The notes under the pieces were generated by a model, which saw only the letters and a program-made list of their open reading frames with translations, made no database searches and was not told the DNA's origin. The position numbers and the translations under genes were made by a program. A stretch of 64,000 nucleotides of DNA from Chiloscyllium plagiosum (Eukaryota): the NCBI RefSeq assembly GCF_004010195.1, contig NC_057719.1, forward strand, positions 39,732,252-39,796,251, written 5' to 3'. How positions within the stretch are numbered: position 1 is the first letter of the stretch; each line of letters opens with the position of its first letter. Below, piece after piece: positions 23,136 through 37,004 of this stretch.

Positions 23136-24169
23136 GGCTTTATAATAGCGAGGTGCTTTTCATTGCCATTATTTTTATTGCCATCAGTGGATTCCCCATC
23201 ATCATTATTCTGGACTTTTCCATTGACTGGAATCTTAACTGAATCAGTCACATTAATACTGCATAACACCTACAGACACAAGTCAGAAGTGTAATGTAAT
23301 ACTCTCCACTTGTCTGGATCAGTGCAGCATCAACAACATTCAAGAAGGGCAACAGCATCCAGAACAACAGTTCTCTCGCTTAGTATCCCATCCACCACCA
23401 CCATAAATATTCATCCCACCATGACTTGTGCGCCTTGCCTGTAGTATATGCCAGGTTTAAGATGCACAATTCACCAGGGCTTCTTTGACAATCAAACTCA
23501 TTTTGCATGAGAACACCACAATATTGATCTCCAAATCTCACGCCATCTTGACTTGAAAATATCCTGCAGTCTTTTTCATCATTGTTGAGTTAAAACCCTG
23601 AAACTCCATGGCTAACACCACTATGGGAGAGTACCTTTTCCATAAGGATTGCACTGGTTCCAGATTTTGGCTCATCACCATTTTCTAAGGGACTGTTGGA
23701 GATAAGCAATTAATACTATATTGTCCATAAATCGGAAGTGAATTTTAACAAGTTATTTTATTTTGTAGGAGGAATTTTACCCTACAGGGATTTTTAACTT
23801 TATGATGTGTTATTTAAAATTTGTTTCCTGCCTGTGGGCAAGGCTGCATTTGTCTATCCTTCGTTAAACTAAAAAGGTGATTGTTAGCATCAATGTTTGC
23901 CATTCCAACTGAATGGTGCACTGGTTGTTTTCGAGGACATTAAGGCAACCATGTAGTGCAGAGCTGGAGTCACATGTAAATCAATCGCATAAATTTGGTA
24001 AGATTTCTCTCTCTCAAGAACATTAGTGAACCAATTAAAAGCAAAATGCTGCAAATGCTGGAAATATGAAAGAAACACAAAAAAAAACCTAGAGAAACTC
24101 AAAAGATCTTGCAGCATCTATGGAGGGAGAGACAGATTTTGGGTCCAGTATGACACTTCTTCAAAACAG

Positions 24170-24353
24170 GAGAAAGTGAGGACTGCAGATGTTGGAGATC
24201 AGAGCTGAATATGTGTTGCTGGAAAAGCGCAGCAGGTCAGGCAGCATCCAAGGAGCAGGAGAATCGACGTTCCGGGCATAAGCCCTTCTTCAGCTCCTGT
24301 TCCTTGGATGCTGCCTGACCTGCTGCGCTTTTCCAGCAACACATTTTTCAGCT
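24170..24353. mobile_element. Hairpin-shaped Penelope pseudo-LTR mini-element nested in an older pLTR (24036-24169)
   Basis: Inverted arms; flanking duplication CTTCTTCAAAACAG (24156-24169) and CTTCTTCAGAACCAG (24354-24368). Confidence 0.85.
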
Positions 24354-25748
24354 CTTCTTCAGAACCAGTCTGGTTTTCATGACAGTTAACAATTTGTTCA
24401 GGTATTTAAGCAAATAGCTCTTCCTTCATGTGGTTTACATCCAGTAATGCATAAAAATAAGTTAGATTCTCAATAACAAATAAGAGAAACCCGAAAAACT
24501 GAATACTGTTTTAGGATTAATAAAGTAATTCCATTTGAAATATGAACTGAGATTATTTGGAGTAGACAAAAGCAGTTAAGGCTGAATGATCTTGTTTTAT
24601 GATTATATTTGTATATTGAAACTGAACAGTGTTTAGGTTTCTGGCATGTTATAATAAAGCCTTTTGAACGTTAGTGGACTTTGTTCACTTGAAATTGAAT
24701 TTAGTATGATGATAACATATAACTAAGTACACCAGTATAAATGTTAACGTGATATGAATCATATACTTCAGTTAAACATTTTTCTTAGCTCAGTCAAACA
24801 TTAAAGGTCCTCATACTTAGTATCTATAGGATATTGTTTTTTTCTTGCACCAAGCAATTATTGAACTTCGTGAAAGCTAAGAATCCTGCAGTATTTTATC
24901 ACTTTAGTGAATAATGCTATGGAAGTCAGTTTCTGCAGAGTCACTCCTTTTCCTTACTGAATTGTTCATGTTGCTATGGAGATACTTGGTGTAATGGCTT
25001 TTACCAATAGGAACTGGAAATAAGCTGGGGAAAGCTGATGTCATGCTAACATTTCAATGACACTGTGCCCTCTGCTACTGAGAGATGGATTCCATTGCAG
25101 TTCTGAGAATTTTAATCATTGTGTTCTTTTTTCAATAGGCAACAGTTAAACTGAATATTAACCCAGAACAGATACAAATCTGTGTTGAAACATCCTTAAT
25201 TATTTTTGAGTAAAAGTAGGTCTATTAACCAATACACAGCCTGCACTCGAGTTAAAGAAATGCAAGGCTATTTAAGTTCTTAATCATCAGTTCATCAAAC
25301 TATCCCCTTGAGATTCCTTAGTCAACAATCACCCACTGACCACTCCACCACCCCATCCCACTTATTTTTGAGGAGAGAAGCTAAGACAGGAAAACGCAAG
25401 TTATAAAATTCTCCTTAGCCTTGAATAAAATCCATAACTCAGCCTCTGCTCCAAAATGAGTGCTGTTGTCTATATCTGTCCATGTCATACCCTCCAGAAC
25501 CAGGCCTTGGAAGCTTGAATGACCTCCTGATATTTTAAACCTCCATCTATATTTCAATTACAAGCACCTCAATAGTCTTTCTTTCTAAAAATATCACTTG
25601 CTTATGAAAATTAATAACAGCTCTCACAAGATAGATTAGATCTTCCCATGTTTACAAGTAATTGCTCATATTCAATAGATAAGTTTGTAAAGAAACAAAT
25701 CTTCAATATCTTTTTTTAGTGTTTGTAGTAAAAATATATTAAGACCAA

Positions 25749-26050
25749 GGATCAGTGGTTCGCACTGCTACCTCACAGCACCAGGGTCCCAGGTTTGATT
25801 CCAGCCTTGGGCGACTGTGTGGAGTTTGCACATTCTCCCTGTATCTGCGTGGGTTTCCTCTGGGTGCTCCGGTTTCCTCCCACAGTCCAAAGATGTGCAG
25901 GTCAGGTGAATTGGCCATGCCAAATTGCCCATAGTGTTCAGTGCATTCGTCAGAGGGAAATGGGTCTGGGTGGGTTACTCTTCGGAGGGTCAGTGCGGAC
26001 TTGTTGGGCCGAAAAGCCTGTTTCCACACTGTAGGGAATCTAATCTAATC
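25749..26050 (+). mobile_element. HE1-type SINE
   Basis: Head remnant, body and (TCTAA)n tail. Confidence 0.9.
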
Positions 26051-26052
26051 AA

Positions 26053-29000
26053 AGACTTAGGAGTGGAAGTAAGGCCATTTGGCCCATCAAGTCCACTCCG
26101 TCATTTAATCATTGCTGATGGGCATTTCAACTCCATTTACCCATACTCTACCCTTAGCCCTTAACTCCTTGCGAGATTAAGAATTTATCAATCTCTGCCT
26201 TGAAAGTATTTAATGTCCCAGCCTCTGCTGTGCTCCATTGCAATGAATTCCACTGACCCACCACTCTCGGGCTGAAGAAATGTCTCCTCATTACCATTCT
26301 AAATTGATCCTTTCTAATTCTAAGGCTGTGCCCACGGATTCTAGTCTCCTCACCTAACTTCCCAGCGTCCACCCTTTCTAAGCCATGCATTATCTAGTAA
26401 GTTTCTATTAGATTTCCCCTCAACCTTCTAAACTCTAATGAATACAATCCCAGGATCCTCAGCCATTCATCGTATGTTAGGCCTACAATTCCAGGGATTA
26501 TTTGCGTGAATCTCCGCTGGACACGCTCCAGTGCCGGTACGTCCTTCCTGAGGTGTGGGGCCCAGATTTGGACACAATATTCCAAATGGGGCCTAACTAG
26601 AGCTTTATAAAGTCTCAGAAGCACATCAATGCTTTTATATTCCAACCCTCTTGAGATAAATGACAACATTACATTTGCTTTCTTAATCATGGACTCAACA
26701 TGCAAGTCAACCTTTAGAGAATCCTGGACCAGCGCTCCCAGATCCCTTTGTACTTTGGCTTTATGAATTATTTTCACCATTTAGAAAATAGTCCATGCCT
26801 GTATTCTTTTTTTCCAAAGTGTAAGTGCTCACATTGAATTTCATCACCATTTCCTGGACCACTCTCCTAAACTGTCTAAATCTTCCTGCAGCCTCCCCAC
26901 CTCCTCAGTACTACCTGCCTGTCCACCTAATTTCGTATCATCGGCAAACTTCACCAGAATGTCCCCAGTCCCTTCATCCAGATCATTAATATATAAAGTG
27001 AACAGCTGCAACCCCAACACTTAACCCTTCGGGACACCACTTGTTACTGGCTGCCATTCCAAAAAAGAACCTTTTATCCCAACTCTCTGCCTTCTGTCAG
27101 ACAGCCAATCCTAAATCCATGCCAGTAGCTCACCTCGAATACCATGGGCCCTCACCTTACTCAGCAGCATCCCATGAGGTACTTTATCAAGACCTTTTGG
27201 AAGTCTAGGTAGATAACATCAAATGGGCTTCCCTGATCTAACCTACTTGTTACCCCTTCAAAGAATTCTGACAGGCTTGTCAGGCACAACCTCCCCTTAC
27301 TAAATCCATGCTGACTTGTTCTAATCCGACCCTGCACTTCCAAGAATTTAGAAATCTCATCCTGAAAGATGGATTCTAGAATTTTACCTACAACCAAGGT
27401 TAGGATAATCTGCTTATAATTTTCCATCTTTTGTCTTGATTCTTTCCTGAACAAGGGGATTACAACAGCGATTTTCTAATCACCTGGGACTTTCCCTGAC
27501 TCCAGTGACTTTTGAAAGACCAATGCCTCTGCTATTTTCTCAGCCACCTCCCTCAGACCCCTAGGATGTTGCCCATTGGGGCTAGGAGATTTATCAATTT
27601 TTAGACCTTTTAGCTTTTTTAGCACTTTCTCTTTTTTTATTGGCTACCATACTCAACTCTGCCTCCTGACTCTCCCTATTGTTGGGGATATTACTCATTC
27701 TTCCACTGTGAAGACTGACACAAAGTACTTATTAACTTCTTCAGCTATTTCCTTATTTCCCATCACTAGCCTTCCTACATCAATTTGGAGCGGCCCAATG
27801 TCTACTTTTGCCTCTCGCTTGTTTTTATGCATTGAAAGAAACTTTTAATATAATTTCTAATATTACTGGCTATCCTATCTTCATATCCATTCCTCTCCTT
27901 CCTTATTTCTCTCTTTGTTATCCTCTGTTTGTTTTTGTAGCCTTCCCAACCTTCTGATTTCCCAGTGCTCTTGGCCACTTTATAGGCTCTCTCTTTTTCT
28001 TTCTGACTTCCTTTGTCAGTCATGGCTGTCTAACTCCCCCACCACCCCACTCAGATAATCTTTCTTTTCTTTGGGATGAACCTTGTTCTGTGTCCTCTAC
28101 TACACCCAGAAACTCCTGCCGTTGTTGCTCTACTGCCTTACCCACCAGACTCTGCTTCCAGTCGATTTTCATCATTTCCTCTCTCATGCCCCTGTAATTG
28201 CCTTTATTTAACTGTAACACCGTTACATCTGATTTTGCCATCTCTCTTTCAAACTGCAGACTGAACTCTACCATATTATGATCGCTGCCTCCTTAGTGAT
28301 CCCTTATTTTAAGACCTTTTATGAAGTCTGGCTCATTACATAGCACTAAGTCCAGAATAGCCTGCTCCCTTGTGGGCTCCATCACAAGCTGTTCCAAAAA
28401 GCCATCCAGTAAGTATTCCATGAATTCTCTTTCTTTGGATCCTCCAGCAACATTTTTCACCCAGTCCATTTGCATATTGAAGTCCCCCATGATCGCTGTG
28501 ACCTTGCCTTTCTGACATGCCTTATCTATTTCCCGGTACAACTTGCGCCCCTGGTCCTGACCACTGCTGGGGGTTCTGTACATAACTCCCATTATGGTTT
28601 TTTGCCTTTGTGGTTGCTTGACTCCATCCACACAGACTCCACATCATCTGAACCTATGTCATTCTGTGCCATAGATTTAAATTCATTCTTAGCTAACAGG
28701 GCAACTCCACCCCCTCTGCCCCCCTCCCTGTCTTTTTGATAAGTTGTAAATCCTTGAATGTTTAACTGCCAGTCCTGAACCACGTCTCTGTGATGCCTAC
28801 CACATCATAATCATTCATGATGATTTGTGCCGTTAATTCATCTACTTTGTTACAATTACCCAGAGCGTTCAGGTAAAGTGCCTTAATGCTAACTTTCTTA
28901 TCATTATTAGAGATATTGGAAATCGTAAGATGTCCTAAGTTATCTTTCGTTTTTGCTGCATTCCTAGTCTGCCTTGAGCTTAAGCCCACCTGCACACATG

Positions 29001-29155
29001 CTAGCCAGCTGCTTATCTTTCCATTTAACACCATACTCCCTGTCACTTTATCTTGCCCTTACCTCCCCGACTCAGAAGTTTAAAGTCCTACTGACCTCCC
29101 TATATATCCTTTTCTCTAGAACACTGCTTCCAGATCGGTTCAGGTTGGACTGTAT
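26053..29155 (-). mobile_element. CR1-type LINE, ~3.1 kb: ORF1 end, APE endonuclease, RT, 3' UTR (disabled)
   Basis: Peptides ALYLNA..NKVDEL..DVVGITETW, IMGDFN, ILDLVL, SQHGFSKGRLCLT, DVIYLDFQK, RPHLEYCVQIWAP; ORF1 tail LNRSGSSVL. Multiple stops and frameshifts. Confidence 0.95.
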
Positions 29156-29459
29156 TTAACTTTTTAATTAAAAGAAGCAGGCTCTGGAAGCTCAGAGTGA
29201 CTTGATTTGCAAAATAAATTACTGATTGTGTGATTGCCACAATTTTTGCGACACAATTATGAATGTTTCAAGTGTATTTTACAACATAATGCATCCATGT
29301 TGATGAACAATGGAATAGTAGAGGATTAATAAACATAATTAGTGAAAATATTTCCCTCGGTCCCACCAATCATTTATGTTATGATACAGTTAGCTTATTC
29401 TTAACTGTTTTCTGTAATTATTTATGATCTACAAGTAAAAATAATTATACTTATATCAT

Positions 29460-30500
29460 TGTTATAATGAAGTGAATAGGCACCAAATGGCTCCCCTCTT
29501 CTCATGGCAGAGGCAGGGAGTAGCCTATATGTTTCCTTTTGGGTATTTCTTTTGGGTATTTCTTTCATTTCTGCTTCTGTCCTTAGTCCTGTCTTTATAT
29601 ACTAAGATGGCGCCGGAGAATGGTGACTTTGTACGTTTTTCACTGTACTCCTGTATTCCTGTACTCGAGTACATGTAACAATAAAATATAAAAATTCTAA
29701 AATCTGAAAGATGGCTTCTGGCTGAATTTGGTGGTCTTTCAATTTAAAGAAATGCAAATAGATGATTCGGTTGTTCTCCTGCAGATAGAAAGTGGGATTG
29801 ACTTCTTTCAGTTAGTTTCAATCAGATCCTTGCGTGGTCATCGTTAGCAAACAGGGTCAGCTTATTTGGGAGGAAAGAGGGAACTCACGTGGGTCTTCTT
29901 TCAATGGCATCTCAGCTACTTGGTGTCTACTGAGAAAGTGGAAGTTTAAACACACAATGGTTGGACATATCACATGACCTTCACCCAATGATTCATAACT
30001 GGTCATTGCTCGTGTATTCCCCTTTACAACTTAATCATTCCTGAAGAAGGGCTTATGCCCGAAAAGTCGATTCTCCTGCTCCTTTGATGCTGCCTGACCT
30101 GCTGCGCTTTTCCAGCAACACATTTTTCAGCTCTGATCTCGCATCTGCAGTCCTCACTTTCTCCTCTCTCACAGCCAGGGTTCCATGTTCGACTGATTAT
30201 GCTGAAGGGTTTCCAATTGTAATATAATCATATCACTCCTGAACAGGGTTCTGTTATCCAAGTAATTAGGTTCGATGGCTCGTCTTCACCAGCTGAAAAT
30301 TCAGGTGATTACCATGATGCCCTGCTAATGGACATATGATTGTAATTCTGTCATTTCCCTTGATAATTATCCTTGGTGGTTCTTTACAAACATGGTGTCA
30401 CCAGTTCAATGGATTGGAACGTGGAAGGTACAGTCATCCAAATTGTGAAGTCACTTTGTTAAACCTCGCCTTTAGTCTCATAAAATGTTTTTTCATGACA
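29460..30500. mobile_element. Possible degraded solo LTR carrying two nested insertions
   Basis: Termini TGTTATAA...TTCATGACA (TG..CA, imperfect inverted repeat), flanks TCAT/TAAT. No PBS or PPT seen. Confidence 0.3.
30036..30164 (+). mobile_element. Penelope pseudo-LTR 3' piece starting at the hammerhead motif
   Basis: ATTC-CTGAAGA-A-GGGC-TTAT-GCCC-GAAAAGTC followed by the pLTR ending CAGTCCTCACTTTCTC. Confidence 0.85.
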
Positions 30501-30559
30501 TAATGTTTTTGGTATAATACAATATTATAAAGTGCTTCAAATGAACATTATAAAACTGG

Positions 30560-30900
30560 CATACCACCAACCCAATCATGACAACATGGCAGTTAAAATT
30601 GGGATATGCAAAAGGCCAGATTTAGATAATCACTGAAATCCCGGTGGGTTGTGGAGCTGAAGAAGATTACAAAAGCAAGACCACAGAGGGGTTTGACAAC
30701 AAGAGAATTTGAAATTCAATACATTGTATGATCTGGAGCCAAAGTGAGCCAAAACTCACAGCTGTAATAGGTAAGTTGGACTTTAAATGAGTTAAGACAT
30801 GGGCAATAGGATTTTGGATAACTTCAAGTTTATGGATGTTAGAATGTGGGAGCTCAGTCAGGACATTGGAATTGTCAAAGGTGATGCCAGTGTCCATTTT
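30560..30900 (-). mobile_element. Degraded L2-like LINE fragment
   Basis: Peptide FDNSNVLTELPHSNIHKLEVIQNPIAHVLT...ITAV..SL.WL...IEFQILLL (L2 ORF2 C-terminus). Confidence 0.75.
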
Positions 30901-33900
30901 CTATAATGGCTTCACTGGATAGCTGCCTCCTGATCTGCTTCTCCTTCTGGTGTAGTTTGCTACTGGCATTGCAGCCCCTGTTATTCACTGGCAAAAGCCT
31001 ATGTTTGTTCCATTCTCTCTTGCTCCTAAGTTTCCAGGAATATTTGGTTTAAGAAACCTAAAGATAATCCATTAATTGAACTGCACGAAGAAAGAGGGAG
31101 AGTGTCCATGAATTTCATCCATAGAACTGAGGAGCAGTGAAATTTACAACTATTTCCACTATCCAAAGGTCCACACATCACTGGGCATCCACAACTTCAA
31201 TTTCAAATCCTGGCACTGTGAATACTTCTGGAGAAGTTGCAAAAATGCTCATTGCAACATTTCTGACAGAACCCCTTGCCCACCACTGTCCTCCTATCCC
31301 CTTCAAACATCTATCCTGCCACCACCACACTCAGGTTGCTAGGCCTTTTTCTTCTCCACTTCCCAGTGTCTCCGATCACACTTCCCACTAATCTCCATCC
31401 ATTATTCCTTATTTACCTTTACTACTTACAAACCTCCATACAATTTTCTATTCTTCTTCTCTACTCTTTTTCCCAGAGTTAGGGAAAGAAAACTGCAGGT
31501 CTGTAAGTACAAACCTATCATATGTTGCTGTGAGGCATGACATGTCACAAACACAATATTGAGTGAAATTTGGCAACTGAACCTATCATTAAGAATTCAA
31601 AATTTCAACTCCTGCCTACTTCAGTCAACACACATTTAATGTGTGTTACAGGCTTCATGCCATCTCACAGAACTTCAGTTGTCTGGTATTTATTAGGAGG
31701 AAATTTCTACTTGTCTAGTGCCAGCTGTTAGATAAGCATTTTGCTGCAATTTTGCTTATAAAATGAAAATATGTCAAAACTAAAACATTTACAATGTCTT
31801 TAATTAACATAATAACTTCCTTAAAAGGGAAGTCTTTACTGCTAACCTAATTATTGAGTGATGATATAAGACTACTTGAAACATTACGTTTCTACATGTC
31901 TTGTGTGGCATTATTCATATATGGACCTCACTGACCGGTTTGTAAAACATTTCTTACCACCAGTAGTATAGTTTGTAACAGTTTGCAAATTGATTACAGT
32001 TTTACAGTGCAAATAGGCAGAGCATACATCATGTAAACTATTCTCAGCAGTACCAGACAATTGAGGTGCTTATCTAGCTCTGGAGACAACTCAGAATAAA
32101 GTACATTCTCAATAGACCTTCACAATGTCCCACAACCTCCCACACCCATCAAGTCTGAAGCAACCATTCACCATGCCTGTTTTGGACCAAAGAAGAAAAT
32201 TCTCCTTGAGTTTATAAAGTGCTGCTTTGCTTAGCACAAACAAGTCATTGGAAATGTAATAATGAATGATCTTAACAGAGAGGATTATAATCAACTTGGT
32301 ATCAACAGGGGGTTGTCTGGGAAAAGGTCATTAAGTAAGATTTAAATTTGTATGTACAGTCTGACAACAAAGGATTTATGATTAAAGATTAATGCTTCAT
32401 CCACAGAAATGCATTTGTGGAGACTCTTTGTTCAGGATCTCTTAATTATTTCAGAGATTCAAGGAATAGTTATGTTATGCATGCTTTTAAAGTCTGTCAA
32501 AAATAATTTTATATTTATACAAATATTCTCAATTGTTTTTTGATGGCTCTTTATTAACATTTACTACAACACTTCGTTCTTTTCAGGCAGGGTTCCCACA
32601 ACGTTCAATTACACAGATCGAGGCACCACATAATGACTTTTTGTTTTCACAACTTACCAGCAACTGCAAAGATTTCAAGGGGGCATTGATTGCCATGTCA
32701 CTTTGTTAAAAGGAGACTAGGGAAAGTGGGACAGAAGCCATATGTGACGGTTGCCATGGAGCTTCCACCCATTACGTTTCGTGAGAAGAATAGCTATAGA
32801 AGGCCATTTGGTGCATTGGAGACCAAGTAAATTGAAGTTTAGCCAGTGTTGCTGTGAGACCATTAGAATGTATTCAGATGAAAGAGTATGAGTGATAGCT
32901 CTGTCTCATAGAAAATAGGCAGTCCTCAGCACAGTCTATGACAAAAGAGTCAGGGGTGTATTTTTAAAATCTTGATCTTAGCAACACTACTTGCAAAGTA
33001 ATAAAAGAATTCATTAGTGATACTTGTGTTCTGTGAGGCTTAAAATTATAATGCATTACCTTTTATTTTGTCATTGAAGTGCCAACAAAAAAGCCTTGCA
33101 GTACACACAGGAATTAAGTTCAGAACTAAATGGATTCCTGTTGTTAGTCATTTTAGTTTAAAATCCCTTGTAGCCATTTATAACTATTCTTCTGAAATTA
33201 AATTTAACATTTTAAGGACAATAACATAATGTCACTAGATTACATTTTTAAAATAAGGATAATGGCCTAAAATTGGCTAAAATCCACTAAGATTGACAGC
33301 AACCTCAGATATTCAGACATGTGCACAATTACATGAAAATCTCAAAGCTGCTATCTGTATATGTATGTTTTGTCACATGGAGCAATGTAGAGGTTCCCAC
33401 AAAGTGCAATTTCCATTGCAATCATGGTGAAATCCTCAACTGCTTCACTTAACGATATTGAAAATGTTACATTTTGTTAAATAAAATGTATTTGGGTTTT
33501 TAACAGCATACTAATTTGGAAAAATAGTATTTTATATTTGTGGAGAATCAAATTTCTCCAAAAGATTGAAAATCCCCACATGATTTTGATTTTATTTTGC
33601 TTTCATTAACAATCTATTTTTTTTTCTTGTTTCTATCTAAATGCAGTCATATTTAGTTTGCAACATGAAATTTTAAAATAAAAGTTAAGAAAACTTTAAT
33701 TAGTGGAAGCCTCTGGTTTTCTGTGTGTGAACACTTCAATGTCATTGGTTGTCTCCTTCCTTGCTGATGTGTGCTGTTGCTGCATGCCAAAACATCCCCT
33801 TGACTCAGCTCCAGAATCAAATATCTGTCAAGAAAGAGGAAATTCTTGCTATAAGGTCACTAGGTAGTTGTGCACAGTTTTCTTTGATGTCAGCAATGAT

Positions 33901-34963
33901 TATGTTTGTTTCAAATTGACTATGAAATCTATGTCAATTTTACTGTGCTACCAAATCATAAGTCAATGGTTCATAACCATCATTGGCTTCATGGTGACAT
34001 TCCTAATTTAATCACACTCTGTGGGAAGATAGTGCATTCAAATTAATTATTTTCCCATGGAGAATGTCATTCAACGTCAGTCCAGTCTGTAATGATCTCA
34101 TATACTCAAAGCACCTACTCTTCCACTCAGATTGGTAGAGTTATAAGAAATTCCACATATTTAGTTAATATGAATGGAGAAAATGCTTTTTTAAGCTTTT
34201 CCGTTTTCTCTAATTGATGACCCATGTACTAAGTCATACTTTCAAAAAAAATTGTTTTAATTTTGCTTAGTGTATGATTAGAGAGTAAAACAAGAATTCT
34301 ACTGTTTTGATCAAAAGAGAAATACGTCCATTTTTGAATGTTGAACTTTGTAAAAGAAATAAATGTTTCAGTGCTTCTCCTTTCATGACTTATGTCAACA
34401 TGACTTAAAAATCCCACATCGTGATTTATCCATGTGTATTTTAAATAAATTCTAATATGATATTTATATGACCAGCTAAATGTTCTACTCATCAAAGGAT
34501 AAATCATTCAAACTTATTTTAGAAAGATCCCTTAAAAAGGAGCGTAACTTGACAATTTTTGCATCAAAGTAAACAGAGTACGATCAAAAATTTACATAAT
34601 AATTGGAGATAAATATCAAATATTGTCCTTATATTTTTCATTTGGATGAGCTTATTGAATATGTTTAGAATAACACAAATGCAAAGAATACTTGACAAGT
34701 GAATTATTAGATAGGAGTGGTCTGATTAAGGGGTGCAGATTACATTGTAAACCACAAAGGTTAATCTTGATTATGTTATACCAGCTATCTGCCACTTCAT
34801 ATTTACCACAACCCCATCCCACACCTCCCATCATCAACCCCTATTCTTTTCAAAGTCTTTTGAAGTCCTGTTCTAGGGTAACTTCATGTATCAGCCATCA
34901 TCAACGCACTAAGTAATTTGAATTATTAATCATTACTGACCTTCCCATTGGAGCAATAACGGT

Positions 34964-35460
34964 TATAAGAGGGCACCTTCATATTGAAGCACACTTTACT
35001 GCAGCTTGGTCTTCTTCTCAAGCTGCAAGTCCTCAGATTACATCCTTAACTGGACAGAGAATCTGCCTCTGTGCTCACTAAATGTAATTGTTACCAATTA
35101 CTTGAAAAATAAACAAAACCGTTTGGGAATTCCAATCCAGGGCAACCAATAGGCAATTATAGATTTAAAATCATTTATGAAATTAATAAAGACATAAAGT
35201 AGACTGAAGTTTTGTTTTAGGTTGTGGAAATAAGAGTTGGAACTGTTTGGGGCTGCAGAACCTGCCCCAGGAGGAAACAATGACCCATTTGGAATTTTCA
35301 TCCATCTCCTCCTTTCTGCAACCCCCCAACACCACCCTCCCATCCCAACTCCCACTTAATGAGCACAGAGGCAGCTTCTCTGTCCAATTAAGGGCTTGCA
35401 GCATGAGAAGAAGACCAGGCTGGGTTAAAGTGTACTTCAATATGAAGGTGCCCTCTTACA
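34964..35460. repeat. Foldback / MITE-like element with ~120-bp inverted arms
   Basis: 34964-35090 is the reverse complement of 35346-35460 (TAAGAGGGCACCTTCATATTGAAG...TGGTCTTCTTCTCA.GCTGCAAG...TGGACAGAGAA.CTGCCTCTGTGCTCA), with one indel. Confidence 0.85.
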
Positions 35461-36160
35461 AATTTAAAAATGTAAATAAAGGGCCCTCTTGTGGCGTTGG
35501 GGCCCTACCCCTCGACCAGGAGGCTCAGGTTCAAGGCTCTCCTGCTCCAGCTGTATGTCATAGCATCTCTGAACAAGTTGATTAGAAACATAGTTTACTT
35601 TTTTTTAATTATAAGGGTAAATTAAAAGAAACAGAAAACACAATGAGATTACCACTGTCAGGTTTGAGGGGTTTGTTCTAATGCAATGTGGATGGCATTT
35701 TTTTTGCCCATCCCTAATTGCCCATACACATAGTAGTTTGTTAGGCTATTTTAGGGGGTTGGTAAGGGCCAATTACATTGCAATAGATCAGGAGTCACAT
35801 ATAGGCCAGATAAGATAAAGATCCTAAAATACATTAGTGAACCTGGCAGGTTTTTCCAATCAATGACAATTTCATGGTTGCCATTACTGAACCCAGCTTT
35901 CATTTCCGCATCTGGAGAAACATAGGGAGGTTGGGAGTAGGGAGAGGGTGATGAAATTCCTTCAAATGATGACATTCAGTTGTAGCAGCACCAGAGAAGC
36001 AAAGACTTGTACACCTGCCTGGAGTATTGATGGCTTGGTCTGCAACTGGGTACCACCTCCAGGCAAACTGCTCTCCCTCGCATTAGAAAATTGGAGGCTG
36101 ACTGGGAAATCCCAGTTAGACTCATTTCAGTGCTCTTAATAAAGCCAGTTCCAAACTTAC

Positions 36161-36321
36161 CTTGGCCAAACTGACCAGGAAGGAACTTGGAAAACCAGCA
36201 TACTGAGAAGCATCACTGTTTTCAGGCTCTGTCCACAATGTGAATTTGTGGGGTCACAAATTTTGTCCAGTGCCTTTTGTTCCCCTTGCTTTACAGCTTT
36301 TGAAATGCAGTTGCTAATGTA
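36161..36321 (-). other. Candidate spliced exon (161 nt), product unrecognised
   Basis: Acceptor TATTTTCCTACAG, donor AAG|GTAAGT, one open frame (YISNCISKAVKQGEQK...VPSWSVWP). Non-repetitive context; no partner exons found. Confidence 0.3.
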
Positions 36322-37004
36322 CTGTAGGAAAATATGCAGCCAGTTAGGTAATGGATCATAATGGATCAATTACTCTGAGTTTTAATTATTTAAGGCAATT
36401 TAGTATCACTAAGATAGGCAGTGTGTATAATTCAAAAAGTACTGTATTCCTTTTCATTGCCATCATTGTAGCATTTGGTTTAAGAATGACTGGTAGGTTT
36501 TGCAGCTGTGTAAATGGTTTAAACATTTGCCCAGTGACTGATCTGGAAACAATAAAAAACTTGAATATTTAAGAAATTCAATACTTTAATATTTATATTC
36601 ATATTCCCTATTATTTGTCATAATACATCTTGTGACTATTCACAATGTATAAAAATATATGGTACAAAAATAATTTTAAATAATTACTAATTAAATTCAT
36701 TAAAAGTACATCAGAAGATTGAAGTGATGAGCCTCGTGTGTTGGGTGAAAAGAGTAAGCATGGGAATTTCAATGCAAGAGTGGAGACACAGTATGAGGTA
36801 TGGCTTTCCTACCTCAGACATCCTGTCTGAGAATGAACAGAGACTATTTGAGTCTTGCTTCTAGAATGAGTTTAGTGTAAATAACTCTTTTTTCTCAGAA
36901 CAAACCATGCCAGAAGGCATACTCAATATATCCAACATCAGGGTATTGGCATTAGTTGGATTTGATCATTACCAGATGTGACTGCATGAATAGTATGCTC
37001 AATG

